Below, piece after piece: positions 1 through 10,663 of a DNA stretch of 64,000 nucleotides. A model generated the notes under the pieces. It saw only the letters and a program-made list of their open reading frames with translations. It was not told the DNA's origin and ran no database searches. Numbering within the stretch: the first letter of the stretch is position 1; each line of letters opens with the position of its first letter. The position numbers and the translations under genes were made by a program. The DNA comes from Eledone cirrhosa (taxonomy: Eukaryota). The DNA is taken from contig OZ024754.1 of the NCBI GenBank assembly GCA_964016885.1, forward strand, positions 22,754,001-22,818,000, written 5' to 3'.

Positions 1-29
1 AAGTGTGTAAGGTTGGAATTTATCAAATC

Positions 30-182
30 GTGTGTATATATGTATGTGTGTATATATATATGTCTGTATATATATATGTCTGTGTATATATATGTGTGTA
101 TATATATATATGTATGTGTATATATGTATATATGTGTATATATATGTAAATGTATATATATGTATATATATATGTGTGTGTG
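30..182. repeat. (TA/TG)n microsatellite
   Basis: Directly visible dinucleotide tract. Confidence 0.95.
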
Positions 183-422
183 TAAAATAAAATTATTTAA
201 AAAATGGAATTATAATCTTTGATGAAGAGAAAAGCATGGATCAACCACGCTTTTCTCTGTATGTATATATATATATATATATACAAAGCTCAAAATTATG
301 TAGAGAATGATAGTATATAATTGCTAAGTAGTTTCAGAATTAGTTCAATGTATTTATATATTGGTCTGAAGAAAAGGTAGAGAAAAAGTTAGAAAGGCAG
401 ACAAACACAGAGCAAATATATA

Positions 423-1004
423 TGTTTCTTTTATTTGCCACCAGGGCATCAAAAGTGGGACAAGTACAATGGGGGGAGTTTACAAAACAAGGCGTCCTCA
501 ATAAGGAGGAGGCAATAACAATATATAAGAATAAAATAAAATATAACAAAAATAAAATTTATAACAAAGTCCTCAATAGAGAGGAGGCGCCTTGGGGGGT
601 CGCACACACCCCCGAAAAAAGTGTGCAACCCTTCTCCCCAGGAGCACAGAGAAGGGGTGCTCCCTTGGTCTTTCATCTTCCTCACCTATAGTCTGATGTA
701 GAGTGAAGGCCCATTCACACATCTTTCATAGAAACGGCTGGGGTGCAGCACCTCTCTCTCCATCCTGATCCTTCTTCCGAAATGATATCGGAAGAAACGG
801 ACCAGTTGTTGGCCAGAGAGAAAGGTATCTGACCTCAGTCCTTTCAGACGCGTCCACCATACAACCTCTTTCGCCATGGCTATTACGCACAGAAACACCG
901 CCTCTCCTTCGTTTTTGAAGAGGGGAGGCGGCTTGATCGTTACAATAGACTCGGTGGTCAACCGGATCGGTCCCACCCTTGACAGCAGTTGTTCGACATA
1001 GCCC
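423..1004 (-). mobile_element. 5'-truncated Tx1/L1-like non-LTR retrotransposon 3' end with 17-bp TSD
   Basis: ORF2 C-terminal-like peptide (AKEVVWWTR...RRIRMEREVL...VNGPSL*), 3' UTR ending in AATAAA. Direct repeat cacagagcaaatatata at 406-422 and 1005-1021. Confidence 0.75.
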
Positions 1005-1300
1005 CACAGAGCAAATATATAGATGGAAAATTTGCTTTTAAATCATTTTTAATTCCTCACACGTTTCAAGATAGTTGAACATGAAATTATTTGAAGAATG
1101 TTAGGTGAAAATCCGTTTAATCAAAATCTACACATACCTTTTACCCTAGGGGTAGATTCTTCATTAAGCAACCTAAAGTTATAAAGCTCAGCAGTTTCAT
1201 GAGCAAAAAGACAGAATTGTTCATCTTAATTGATCATCAGTTCGTTTTATCAGAAATGGCCCAATCCACAGAGGGTGTTCTGATTATATTTATAAGAAAA

Positions 1301-1306
1301 TTTATT
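1301..1306 (-). promoter_or_regulatory. Candidate polyadenylation signal (AATAAA) for Artemis
   Basis: AATAAA on the minus strand ~165 nt after the stop codon. The context is AT-rich, so a chance match is possible. Confidence 0.35.
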
Positions 1307-1470
1307 AATCTGTTGCTGAATATTGTGTGTCCAGCATGGTGAACAATGCTGCATGCATGAATAGATCTAACAACAGTAAATATTTGTATATCAGAGACTC
1401 TTACAAGAAAAAGCAGACATTAAACAGTGATGAGGATGAGAGGAATTATAATATTGGCGAGTACACTGAA

Positions 1471-4400
1471 CTAGTCGATTACATATCGTAGAACTTTTGT
1501 CTCAATAAATACAACATCATCGGGTTCTGTAACATCCCTATGGTTGCCAGCAGGATCTCTGGTAATATCACAACTGTTATCAAGTAAAGACATCTTTTTT
1601 AAGGTTTGAGGTGAGAGCAAAGGCTGAGAATTTGAAGATGTGGAAAAGGGGCTAGGGGGCATAGTTTCTTGGCTTTCATTTATATTTTTATCCTCCCAAT
1701 CAGGATCACATTCACTGTTTTGAGAGTCACTGAGGACTATAGTGGATCCTGATAAAGCTGTGGCATTTGAATTCATTGTGTGATTTCTATCAAGAGAATT
1801 ATGATTATTATTGAAAATACAGTCAACATCTTTCTCCTCATCAGATTCACAACATTGTTGTTGAGTGATGCAATGTTCATCTTTATTGCTAACATATTTC
1901 CTTTTAGTATTAATTACACCAGTACAGTTTTCTAAAACAACTGTATGGGGTGGAAGAGGAAGAGCTAACTCAGTGTTGTTCAGCAATAGACTATCACATG
2001 ATTTCTTTTGGTGCTTCTTGTTATTATATTCAGAAGAAGTTGCTATTTCATGTCTTCGCTTTCCCAGTAATTGTTGAGAAGAATTATCATCTGATTGAGG
2101 CTGAAAAATCGTTTTAGTTGGTTGATTTTTGTCTTCAGAGATGCGACATTTAATCATAACTTTATTAGTAGTTGCATTCGTTTGTGAAATGGAGCATCCT
2201 GCTTCACAGTTCAAGCTTTCATTTATTGAATCATCATCGTTATTATTATTACTATTAATATTATAATTCACATATTTTTCATTTCCTGAGGTTTTATACC
2301 TTTCTTTTTCCAGATGTTGTGATAGAACACCAAACCTCAAATCTTCCTCATTTCCTTTGTCCATTGGTGACTTAAATATATCCTGGTTACTGGTGTCAGG
2401 TTTTGGTGACATACTAAATATATCCTGGTTACTAGTTACAGGTTTTGGTGATATATTACTAGATATATCCAGGTTACTAGTTTCAGGTTTTGGTGACATA
2501 TTACTTGATATACCCTTATTACTAGTTACAGGTTTTGGTGACATATTACTAGATATATCCAGGTTACTAGTTTCAGGTTTTGGTGACATATTACTTGATA
2601 TACCCTTATTACTAGTTACAGGTTTTGGTGACATATTACTAGATATATCCAGGTTACTAGTTTCAGGTTTTGGTGACATATTACTTGATATACCCTTATT
2701 ACTAGTTACAGGTTTTGGTGATATATTACTAGATATATCCAGGTTACTAGTTTCAGGTTTTGGTGACATATTACTTGATATATCCAGGTTACTAGTTTCA
2801 GGTTTTGGTGACATATTACTTGATATATCCAGGTTACTAGTTACAGGTTTTGGTGATATATTACTAGATATATCCAGGATACTAGTTTCAGGTTTTGGTG
2901 ACATATTACTTGATATACCCTTATTACTAGTTACAGGTTTTGGTGACATATTACTAGATATATCCAGGTTACTAGTTTCAGGTTTTGGTGACATATTACT
3001 TGACATATCCAGGTTACTAGTTTCAGGTTTTGGTGACATATTACTTGATATATCCAGGTTACTAGTTTCAGATTTTGGTGACATATTACTTGACATATCC
3101 AGGTTAGTAGTTTCAGGTTTTGGTGACATATTACTTGATATATCCAGGTTACTAGTTTCAGGTTTTGGTGACATATTACTTGACATATCCAGGTTACTAG
3201 TTTCAGGTTTTGGTGACATATTACTTGACATATCCAGGTTACTAGTTTCAGGTTTTGGTGACATATTACTTGACATATCCAGGTTACTAGTTTCAGGTTT
3301 TGGTGACATATTACTTGATATATCCAGGTTAATAGTTTCAGGTTTTGGTGACATATTACTTGATATACCCTTATTACTAGTTACAGGTTTTGGTGACATA
3401 TTACTTGACATATCCAGGTTACTAGTTTCAGGTTTTGGTGACATATTACTTGATATATCCAGGTTAATAGTTTCAGGTTTTGGTGACATATTACTTGATA
3501 TACCCTTATTACTAGTTACAGGTTTGGGTGACATATTACTTGACATATCCAGGTTACTAGTTTCAGGTTTTGGTGACATATTACTTGATATATCCAGGTT
3601 ACTAGTTTCAGGTTTTGGTGACATATTACTTGACATATCCAGGTTACTAGTTTCAGGTTTTGGTGACATATTACTTGATATATCCAGGTTACTAGTTTCA
3701 GGTTTTGGTGACATATTACTTGATACATCCAGGTTACTAGTTTCAGGTTTTGGTGACATATTACTAGATATATCCAGGTTACTAGTTTCAGGTTTTGGTG
3801 ACATATTACTTGATACATCCAGGTTACTAGTTTCAGGTTTTGGTGACATATTACTTGACATATCCAGGTTACTAGTTTCAGGTTTTGGTGACATATTACT
3901 TGATACATCCAGGTTACTAGTTTCAGGTTTTGGTGACATATTACTTGACATATCCAGGTTACTAGTTTCAGGTTTTGGTGACATATTACTTGATACATCC
4001 AGGTTACTAGTTTCAGGTTTTGGTGACATATTACTTGATATGCCCTTATTACTAGTTACAAGTTTTGGTGATATATTACTTAAAGCAAATTCATTATTCA
4101 ATTTATGGTTTGAAAACATATTAATTGGTATGTTCTCGTTATCATTTCTTTCTTTTGCTATTGTAGTGGGTAACATGAACTCACAAGAACTAAAATGTTG
4201 TGACATATTTTCTAGTGAGAGACTTTGGCTCTTACAATGATGTAGTGCCACACATGGCAAGTTTTCTTTCTGAGAGTTACACTGTTTTGATGGTATGTCT
4301 TTAGACGAAATCTCTTCTATTTTATAACTTTGTAATGTCACTCTTTCACACAATTTTTCAATGTCATTACAGCTTTGTGATGTCATATCTTCAGACTTAT

Positions 4401-4988
4401 TTCTGTAAATGCAACTTTGTGATGTTATATCTTCAGACCTGTCTCTGTGGTTATTACAGATTTGAGATGTCATATCTTTAGAACTGTGTCTTTGGTTATT
4501 ACAATTTTGAGATGTCATATCTCCAGACCTGACTCTTTCATTATTACAACTTTGTGATGTCACATCATCAGACTTGTCTCTGTGGTTATTACAACTTTGT
4601 GATGTCATATCTCCAGACCTGTCTCTTTTGTTATTACAACTTTGTGATGTCATATCTCTAGACCTGTCTCTTTTGTTATAACAACTTTGTGATGTCATAT
4701 CTTCAGACTTGTTTCTGTGTTTATTACAACTTTGTGATATCATACCTTTAGACTTTTCTCTATAGATATTACAATGCTGTGATGTCACACCTTCAGATAT
4801 GTTTCTTGACATGTCAAAACATTGTGACATCACATTGTCAGACTCAATTTCCTGAACATTACAACTTGATGAGAACAGCTCTTCATTACTGCAGGTAATC
4901 TCAGAAATTGATAGTTGTGATTGTTGACTAAAGGAATTCTTTGAACTGTCAGAGTCAGCAAAGGAAAGACTTTCTCGGGGTGGATAAG
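1471..4988 (-). CDS. DCLRE1C: Artemis last coding exon: very long, repeat-expanded C-terminal tail
   Basis: ttttttggcag acceptor in phase 1 matches the exon 10 donor. 3518-bp open frame to TAG at 1471. Ser-rich low-complexity tail with two 45-bp tandem arrays. The summed CDS of 4689 nt is divisible by 3. Confidence 0.82.
2380..4080 (-). repeat. Coding minisatellite, 45-bp unit, ~38 copies, encoding SSNMSPKPETSNLD[I/M/V]
   Basis: Directly visible near-perfect tandem array (ggttttggtgacatattacttgatatatccaggttactagtttca on +), in frame in the last exon. Confidence 0.98.
4365..4835 (-). repeat. Coding minisatellite, 45-bp unit, ~11 diverged copies, encoding DMTSQSCNNxRDRSx
   Basis: ttattacaactttgtgatgtcatatct recurs at ~45-bp spacing. 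The translation shows an SQ dipeptide in register in each unit. Confidence 0.93.
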
Positions 4989-5242
4989 CTGCCAAAAAAT
5001 AATAGAAAAACAGAATCCACTTTAAAGTAAAAACAAAGACCAATCTCTCTATCTATATACTATATATATTTAACCATTTTGGTACCAGCCTCACCACATC
5101 GGCTGTTACTATGAAATAAAATGATCCATTTCAAATTTAAATTCAATTCCTATTTAAATCTAAATCTTCCAAGATAATTTTATATAAGAATCAAATATAG
5201 TAATGAAATAATAAAAAAAAAAAATAGTAGGTGTAAGTAATA

Positions 5243-5357
5243 CTTGTTTCTACTTTAGGCACAAGGCCAGCAATTAACCAGTGCATTACTGGTACCTTAT
5301 TTTATCGACCCCGTAAAGATGAAAGGCAAAGTCAACCTCGGCGGGATTTGAACTAGT
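5243..5357 (-). mobile_element. tRNA-derived SINE, partial
   Basis: Shares the core ttttatcgaccccgtaa..gatgaaaggcaaagtcaacctcggcgggatttgaact with more than 10 other copies in the window. Confidence 0.85.
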
Positions 5358-5524
5358 AGGTTAAGTAATACTGAGAGGCTGAGTGTGTACTGCGTGTATT
5401 TTATTGTGACACCAGCATTACCACTTTACAGTGTATACTGGGTGCATTTTATTGTTACACCAGCACTACCACTTCACAAAATGAACTGAGTGTATTTTAT
5501 GAATGAATGTTAAAGAAACAATAT

Positions 5525-6895
5525 TTAGCGACCTTTTAAAGTTGCACTGACCAATATTATAATGGTAATATAGAACAGACTAAAATGGAACCTCATATAT
5601 ATAAAGAGAGGTAGTGACATTAATTCATTCATGGATATAATATTTGATATAGATAATGAACACAACCGCAAGGATATGGTCCGAACGTGGAAGAGCCGAA
5701 CTCCCACTGTCATCGCCTCCATCTCTCTTACCCTCCCCATCTCTATGCATGGTGAGCAAATGAGGTCTCACATGCTGGCCTCCCCACAGGCCTGGCGGAC
5801 AGAATGGAGAAGGCGTTTACCCAGAGGATGATAAGGGTGATGCACTGGAAGAGCCATTCCATCTCGCAAGGCTCACTCTTGCAACTGGCCAGCTCAGTGC
5901 CTATGGTGGTGAATAGGGAGCTAGCCCTAGGGCCAAGGACACCAGAAGTCTCCACTGCCAAGGGCCTGACCACAAACCTGTTGGAGAGTTTGCCCTCCTC
6001 AGCCTGACATGCAGCAGAACCTAGGTTGCGGCTGTGGAGAAAGTGTTGCTGCAAGTGGCATCCTAGATGAGGGGTTTGCCACCGCGGAATGGGAAGATGG
6101 TCATACCATCTGGCCTTTTGCTGTCCCCTCGGTCTAGCCCCACCGGTTCAAGCTGGGAGGGGAAGCCTGAAGCGTCTAAGCCATGCTTAATGACTTCGTT
6201 GAGGTCAGGATGGCGTGGAAGGCGGCACTGTGGCGGTGGGAGACCAAAAGAGTCCATGGTTAATCCACAGCGACGTGGCTGGCTGATCCAGAGGCCAAGC
6301 CTCAGGGAAACGCCAATGCACAGGCTATTGATGTCCAGCTGCGTGCCAGTGGAGAAGTGGGCTTTCAAGGCCGTGCAAAAACAGGCAAGGCGGTGCTGGT
6401 GGAGCTGGCGTGTGAGCCTATCTGAGGGGGGACTTGACGTCAGCAGGGGGAGAAGGAGGAGGGACGTCTACCGGGCTAAGTCCTAGCCGGTCCTACATCT
6501 TTCAGGCGGCCTCACATTCCCCTATCACAGAGGGTTCCATTGTGTTTTGGAGAACTCTGCTGACGCGGCATGAAGTTACCAATGAAAGAAACGCTGGCAA
6601 AGCCAGCGAGATCGGGGACCGGAGGCCATGGCCACCATATCTAACGACTAAAGTGGCCGATGGCATCCAATGTCGTCAAACCTAACGGTGCATATCTCCT
6701 CAGCTGCCACTCGGATACAAGTATCGAGGTCAGCGAGGAGAGACGCGTGGCTGTAGCATGAGGTGCTGCAAAGGGTATAGAGGAGCTTCGGCATGGCGAA
6801 GCAGTTCCTCAACATGAAGAGGGTTGGGTGGCCATCAATCAAGGCCAGTTGGCTTGTGAGGGTCTTAAGTTGCTGGAGCCTGGATCTGATGGTGG
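5525..6895 (-). mobile_element. Degenerate CRE-like non-LTR retrotransposon 3' part (restriction-like endonuclease)
   Basis: Broken ORF pieces: LRNCFAMPKLLYTL, GVSLRLG, RHPDLN...EPVGLDRGDSKRPDGMT, RPLAVETSGVLGP. These fit the RT C-terminus plus PD-(D/E)xK RLE typical of CRE-clade elements. Confidence 0.72.
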
Positions 6896-7232
6896 ATTTT
6901 ATTGTGACACCAACACTATCACTTCACAGAGTGAACTGACATCAACACTACCAGTTTACAGTAAGTACTAGGTTTTTTATTGTGACACCAATACTACAAC
7001 TTTACAGTGTACATTGGTTACATTTTATTGTGATACTAGTAATGCCATTTATAGAGTGTACTCAGTATATTTTATTTTGGTGTCAGCACTACCACTTCAC
7101 TGAGTGCATTTTATTGTGGTACTAGCACTACCATTTTACAGAGTGTATTGGGTGTGGTTTATGGTGACACCAGCTCTACCATTTTACAGAGTGTATTGGG
7201 TGTGTTTTATCGTGAGACCAGCTCTACCACTT
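6895..7232. repeat. Degenerate ~48-bp minisatellite related to the RTE 3' UTR
   Basis: Units like gagtgtattgggtgtggtttatggtgacaccagctctaccattttaca. Similar units at 5381-5500, 15087-15330, 15620-15710, 36040-36260 and 38230-38400. Confidence 0.75.
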
Positions 7233-7302
7233 TATATGAATAAAAAATATTTTTAAAAATCATAAAAATATCATTAAAAAATATTGTGATCAAAATAGTT
7301 AC

Positions 7303-7420
7303 AGATTTCTGGAATATTCTTAATTTTCATCTTTCCTAGTAGCCTGACATCAGATAAACTTGGCTGCTTTTTAATCTCTTGTTTTGGAACATTTAGAAAT
7401 TTATCAAGCTCTAGTTGAAT
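7303..7420 (-). CDS. DCLRE1C: Artemis coding exon 10
   Basis: IQLELDKFLNVPKQEIKKQPSLSDVRLLGKMKIKNIPEI (LLGKMK cf. human PLGKLKR), AG acceptor and GTAACT donor. Its 0-to-1 phase links exon 9 to the last exon. The exact acceptor is less certain. Confidence 0.8.
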
Positions 7421-7540
7421 CTTCATCATATCAAAAATGATTTTAAAAAAAAACAAAAAGAAAAAAACAGTAATTAAAACAAAAATAATAATAATATAAT
7501 TTAGTAGCATAACTCTTACAAAACATATATACATAATATA

Positions 7541-7654
7541 ATCATCTCATACAAAACATATCTACATAATATATTGTACATATCCCTTACAAAACATATC
7601 TATATAATATATTGTACATATCCCTTACAAAACATATCTATATAATATATTGTA
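7541..7654. repeat. 38-bp minisatellite, left part (interrupted by RTE)
   Basis: Unit catatcccttacaaaacatatctacataatatattgta, ~3 copies. Confidence 0.9.
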
Positions 7655-9742
7655 CATCATCATCATCATCATCATCAACGTTTAACGTCCGTGTTCCACG
7701 CTTGCATGGGTTTGGACGGGGGTAGTCCCACTTGAGGCAAGAGTGATTGTCTTGCTCGCATAGGACCGTCTGGCAGGTTTTCTACAGTTGGATGCCCTTC
7801 CTAACACCAACCACATTTACAGTGTGGGTCTGGGAGGCTTTTACCGTGTTGCCTACACGGCCACATTACAGCGTGGACTGTGTGTTTTTTTGTCGTGACA
7901 CCTACACGATCTCATTTGTTTCGGCCTCGATGGCGCGGCACCAACATAACTTTACATAGAACGGGGTGGTGTGGATGGGGTAGGGGTGGTGGTGGTGGGA
8001 CGGGGGTGTATTTTGTTAGAGATGCCTACTGGCTGGAGTAGGTTTTACTATATATTTAGGTAAGGCGGGTCTTCTCTGTTACTGAGTACCGCCAAAGGTC
8101 TCGGTCCAGTGACATTGTCTTGGAGAGGTGTAAGTGTGTGATGTCGGAGTTTATCAGCTCGTCCCAGGTTTTTCTAGGTCTGCCTATTCCGTGACTACCG
8201 TCTATCTTTATTGCCCTGCACTTTGTTATACAGCTATCGACTTTCATGTGCATCACGTGTCCATACCAACGTAGCCTTCTCTCGAGTAAACAACATCTGA
8301 TCCCTCTTATCTCTAATTTTTTCCTTAGTTCGTTTATGCTTTGCCGTTCACGTATATTACTGTTACACATCCAGCGGAGCATGCAAGCTTCGTTCCTCTC
8401 TAGTCTGCGTATATCCTCTGCACACAATGCCCAGGTCTCACTGCCATGCAGCATTGCTGTTCGTATGCAGGCATCGTACAACCTGCCTTTCATTTTTAGG
8501 GAGAACCCTTTAGCAGCTAATAGTGGTATAAGCTCTCTGAACTTTTTCCAACCAGTTCTGACTCTAGCTACAGTACTTTCAGAGCACCCTCCCCCACTGC
8601 TGATTTTATCACCCAGGTAACGGAAGCTGTCCACTATTTCTATAGAACCCTCTGCGCAATTGAAAGAGCTAGTATTTTGTGGGCACTTGCTGCTACTTAT
8701 TGCACCAGAACACCGGCCACATGTAAAATCTATGTTCTTAGTTAGCTTACCTGTGATCCCACTACATCTTTTATGCACCCATACTTTGCATTTAGGACAT
8801 AAAATGGAGTTTCTACCTACGCCTTTCCTACACACCGAGCACGACCATTTCCCAGAAGGGACCGCCGCCTTGTTTTCTTTCCTACAAACTAGTAGTTTGG
8901 TCTTAGCCAGGTTAATTTTAAGTCCTTTTGACTCTAGGCCGTGCTTCCATGTTTGGAATTTCTTCTCTAGCTCGGCCATTGATTCCGCTATGAGTGTCAG
9001 GTCGTCTGCGTATAGGAGTTCCCATGGGCAGCCTGTCTTGAACTCCTCTGTTATAGCCTGAAGGGCAATAATAAATAGTAGGGGGCTGAAAACAGAGCCC
9101 TGATGGACGCCAACTTTTACGCTAAACTCTTCACTATATTCCTTGTTAATTCTAACCTTGCTGACTGTTTCTTTATACATAGCTTGTATAGCCCTCACAA
9201 GCCATTCGTCAACGCCTAGTTTTCTAAGAGCCCACCAGATAATGGAGCGGGGGACTCTGTCGAAGGCTTTCTCCAAGTCGACAAAAGCTAAGTAGAGGGG
9301 TTTACCTTTAGCTAGGTACTTCTCCTGTAGTTGTCGTACTATGAAAAGAGCGTCTGTGGTACTTTTGCCTGACACAAACCCGAACTGCATTTCATCTAGG
9401 TCAATTCTCTCTCTGATTAGTTGCGCTATTACTTTTTCCGTGACCTTCATGACCTGGTCGATTAATTTAATGCCTCTATAGTTACTCCTATCTAGGGCGT
9501 CTCCTTTACCCTTATAACAGTTAACGATGATGCTGCTATGCCAGTCCTTCGGAACAACCCCATTCTGTACGACTTGGTTAACTATGCGGGTGACCATGGT
9601 GTGTCCCACCGTGCCAGATGCCTTCAGCATCTCAGCAACTATTTCCGAAGGCCCAGCCGCCTTACCCGTCTTCATATCCTTGATTGCCTTACTTATTATA
9701 CTCCCCTCGACTAACACTGCTGGTCCCTCTATTGGGTCGATA
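7655..9742 (-). mobile_element. 5'-truncated RTE-clade LINE (RT plus 3' UTR, (GAT)n tail)
   Basis: Uninterrupted 567-aa ORF with RT motifs (KAAGP, QFGF, FVDLEKAFD, GVHQG, YADD, FRYLG) and the RTE C-terminus (RRLRWYGH, GRPRKTW). (CAT)n tail on +. Confidence 0.95.
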
Positions 9743-10047
9743 TATCCCTTACAAAACATATCTACATAATATATTGTACATATCCCTTACAAAACATATC
9801 TACATAATATATTGTACATATCCCTTACAAAACATATCTACATAATATATTGTACATATCCCTTACAAAACATATCTATATAATATATTGTACATATCCC
9901 TTACAAAACATATCTACATAATATATTGTACATATCCCTTACAAAACATATCTACATAATATATTGTACATATCCCTTACAAAACATATCTATATAATAT
10001 ATTGTACATATCCCTTACAAAACATATCTACATAATATATTGTACAT
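9741..10047. repeat. 38-bp minisatellite, right part (~8 copies)
   Basis: Same unit as 7541-7654, resuming at the RTE 5' truncation point. Confidence 0.95.
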
Positions 10048-10089
10048 AATATAATTATCTCATACAAAACACATGTACATAATATAATG

Positions 10090-10458
10090 ATTTCTTTATT
10101 AACCACAAGGGTTTACATAAAGTAGACATTAAGGACAGTGCAGGACAATACAGGACGGTACAAATGGGCATTTCTGCGTGTAAAGAACAAAAACAGAGGA
10201 TGTAACAAAAAATAACAATGAAAAATTCCCCAATAGGGGGGAGACTTCGGAGGGACATTTGTGGAGAAAGCCCAGTAAAAGGCCACAGTGACCCTGACCA
10301 CCAAGGCAAGTGCCCTCTCCCAGTTTTCCACCTTTAATTTACAGATACGTACTCAGAGTAGGCCCATTCACTCGGGCCATTCTTGCTTGTCTCACCCATC
10401 TTTCAACAAAATGCTGGGAAGAGAGCACTTCCCTCTCTACCCTGATTTTCCTTTTCAA
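10090..10458 (-). mobile_element. Short Tx1/L1-like 3' end with 11-bp TSD
   Basis: Minus strand reads KRKIRVEREVLSSQHFVERWVRQARMARVNGPTLSTYL*, homologous to the element at 423-1004. ataatataatg flanks it at 10079-10089 and 10459-10469. Confidence 0.7.
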
Positions 10459-10474
10459 ATAATATAATGTACAT

Positions 10475-10663
10475 AATTGTTTCTACTTTTGGCACAAGGT
10501 CAGCAATTACCCAGTACATTACTGGTACTTTATTTTATCGACCCTGTAAGGATGAAAGGCAAAGTTAACCTCGGCGGAATTTGAACTCAGATCGTAAAGG
10601 GACGTAACTCTTTGCGTCAAAGCATGGCGTCCGACCCTCAACCGATACTGCCAATCCACCGTC
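10475..10663 (-). mobile_element. tRNA-derived SINE
   Basis: Full head (A-box-like GGTGGATTGG, B-box GAGTTCAAATTCC) plus the shared core. Confidence 0.88.

Noticed and set aside
226-258. 14-bp-stem hairpin (agagaaaagcatgg...ccacgcttttctct)
   Set aside because: Too short for a miRNA precursor and lies between microsatellites; most likely a repeat remnant.
2380-4080. CRISPR-like appearance of the regular arrays (also 9741-10047 and 14411-14953)
   Set aside because: Units are head-to-tail with no unique spacers, there are no cas genes, and the context is eukaryotic.
2357-4240. 627-aa plus-strand ORF (LLVSGFGDILLDISR repeats)
   Set aside because: Antisense shadow of the 45-bp coding array. It starts and ends with the repeat and has no independent gene features.
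4989-5043. ORF-track N-terminus MVFVFTLKWILFFYYFLA resembling a signal peptide of a stand-alone 1190-aa protein
   Set aside because: It begins at a non-ATG codon and is the polypyrimidine tract of the last intron. The acceptor phase matches exon 10.
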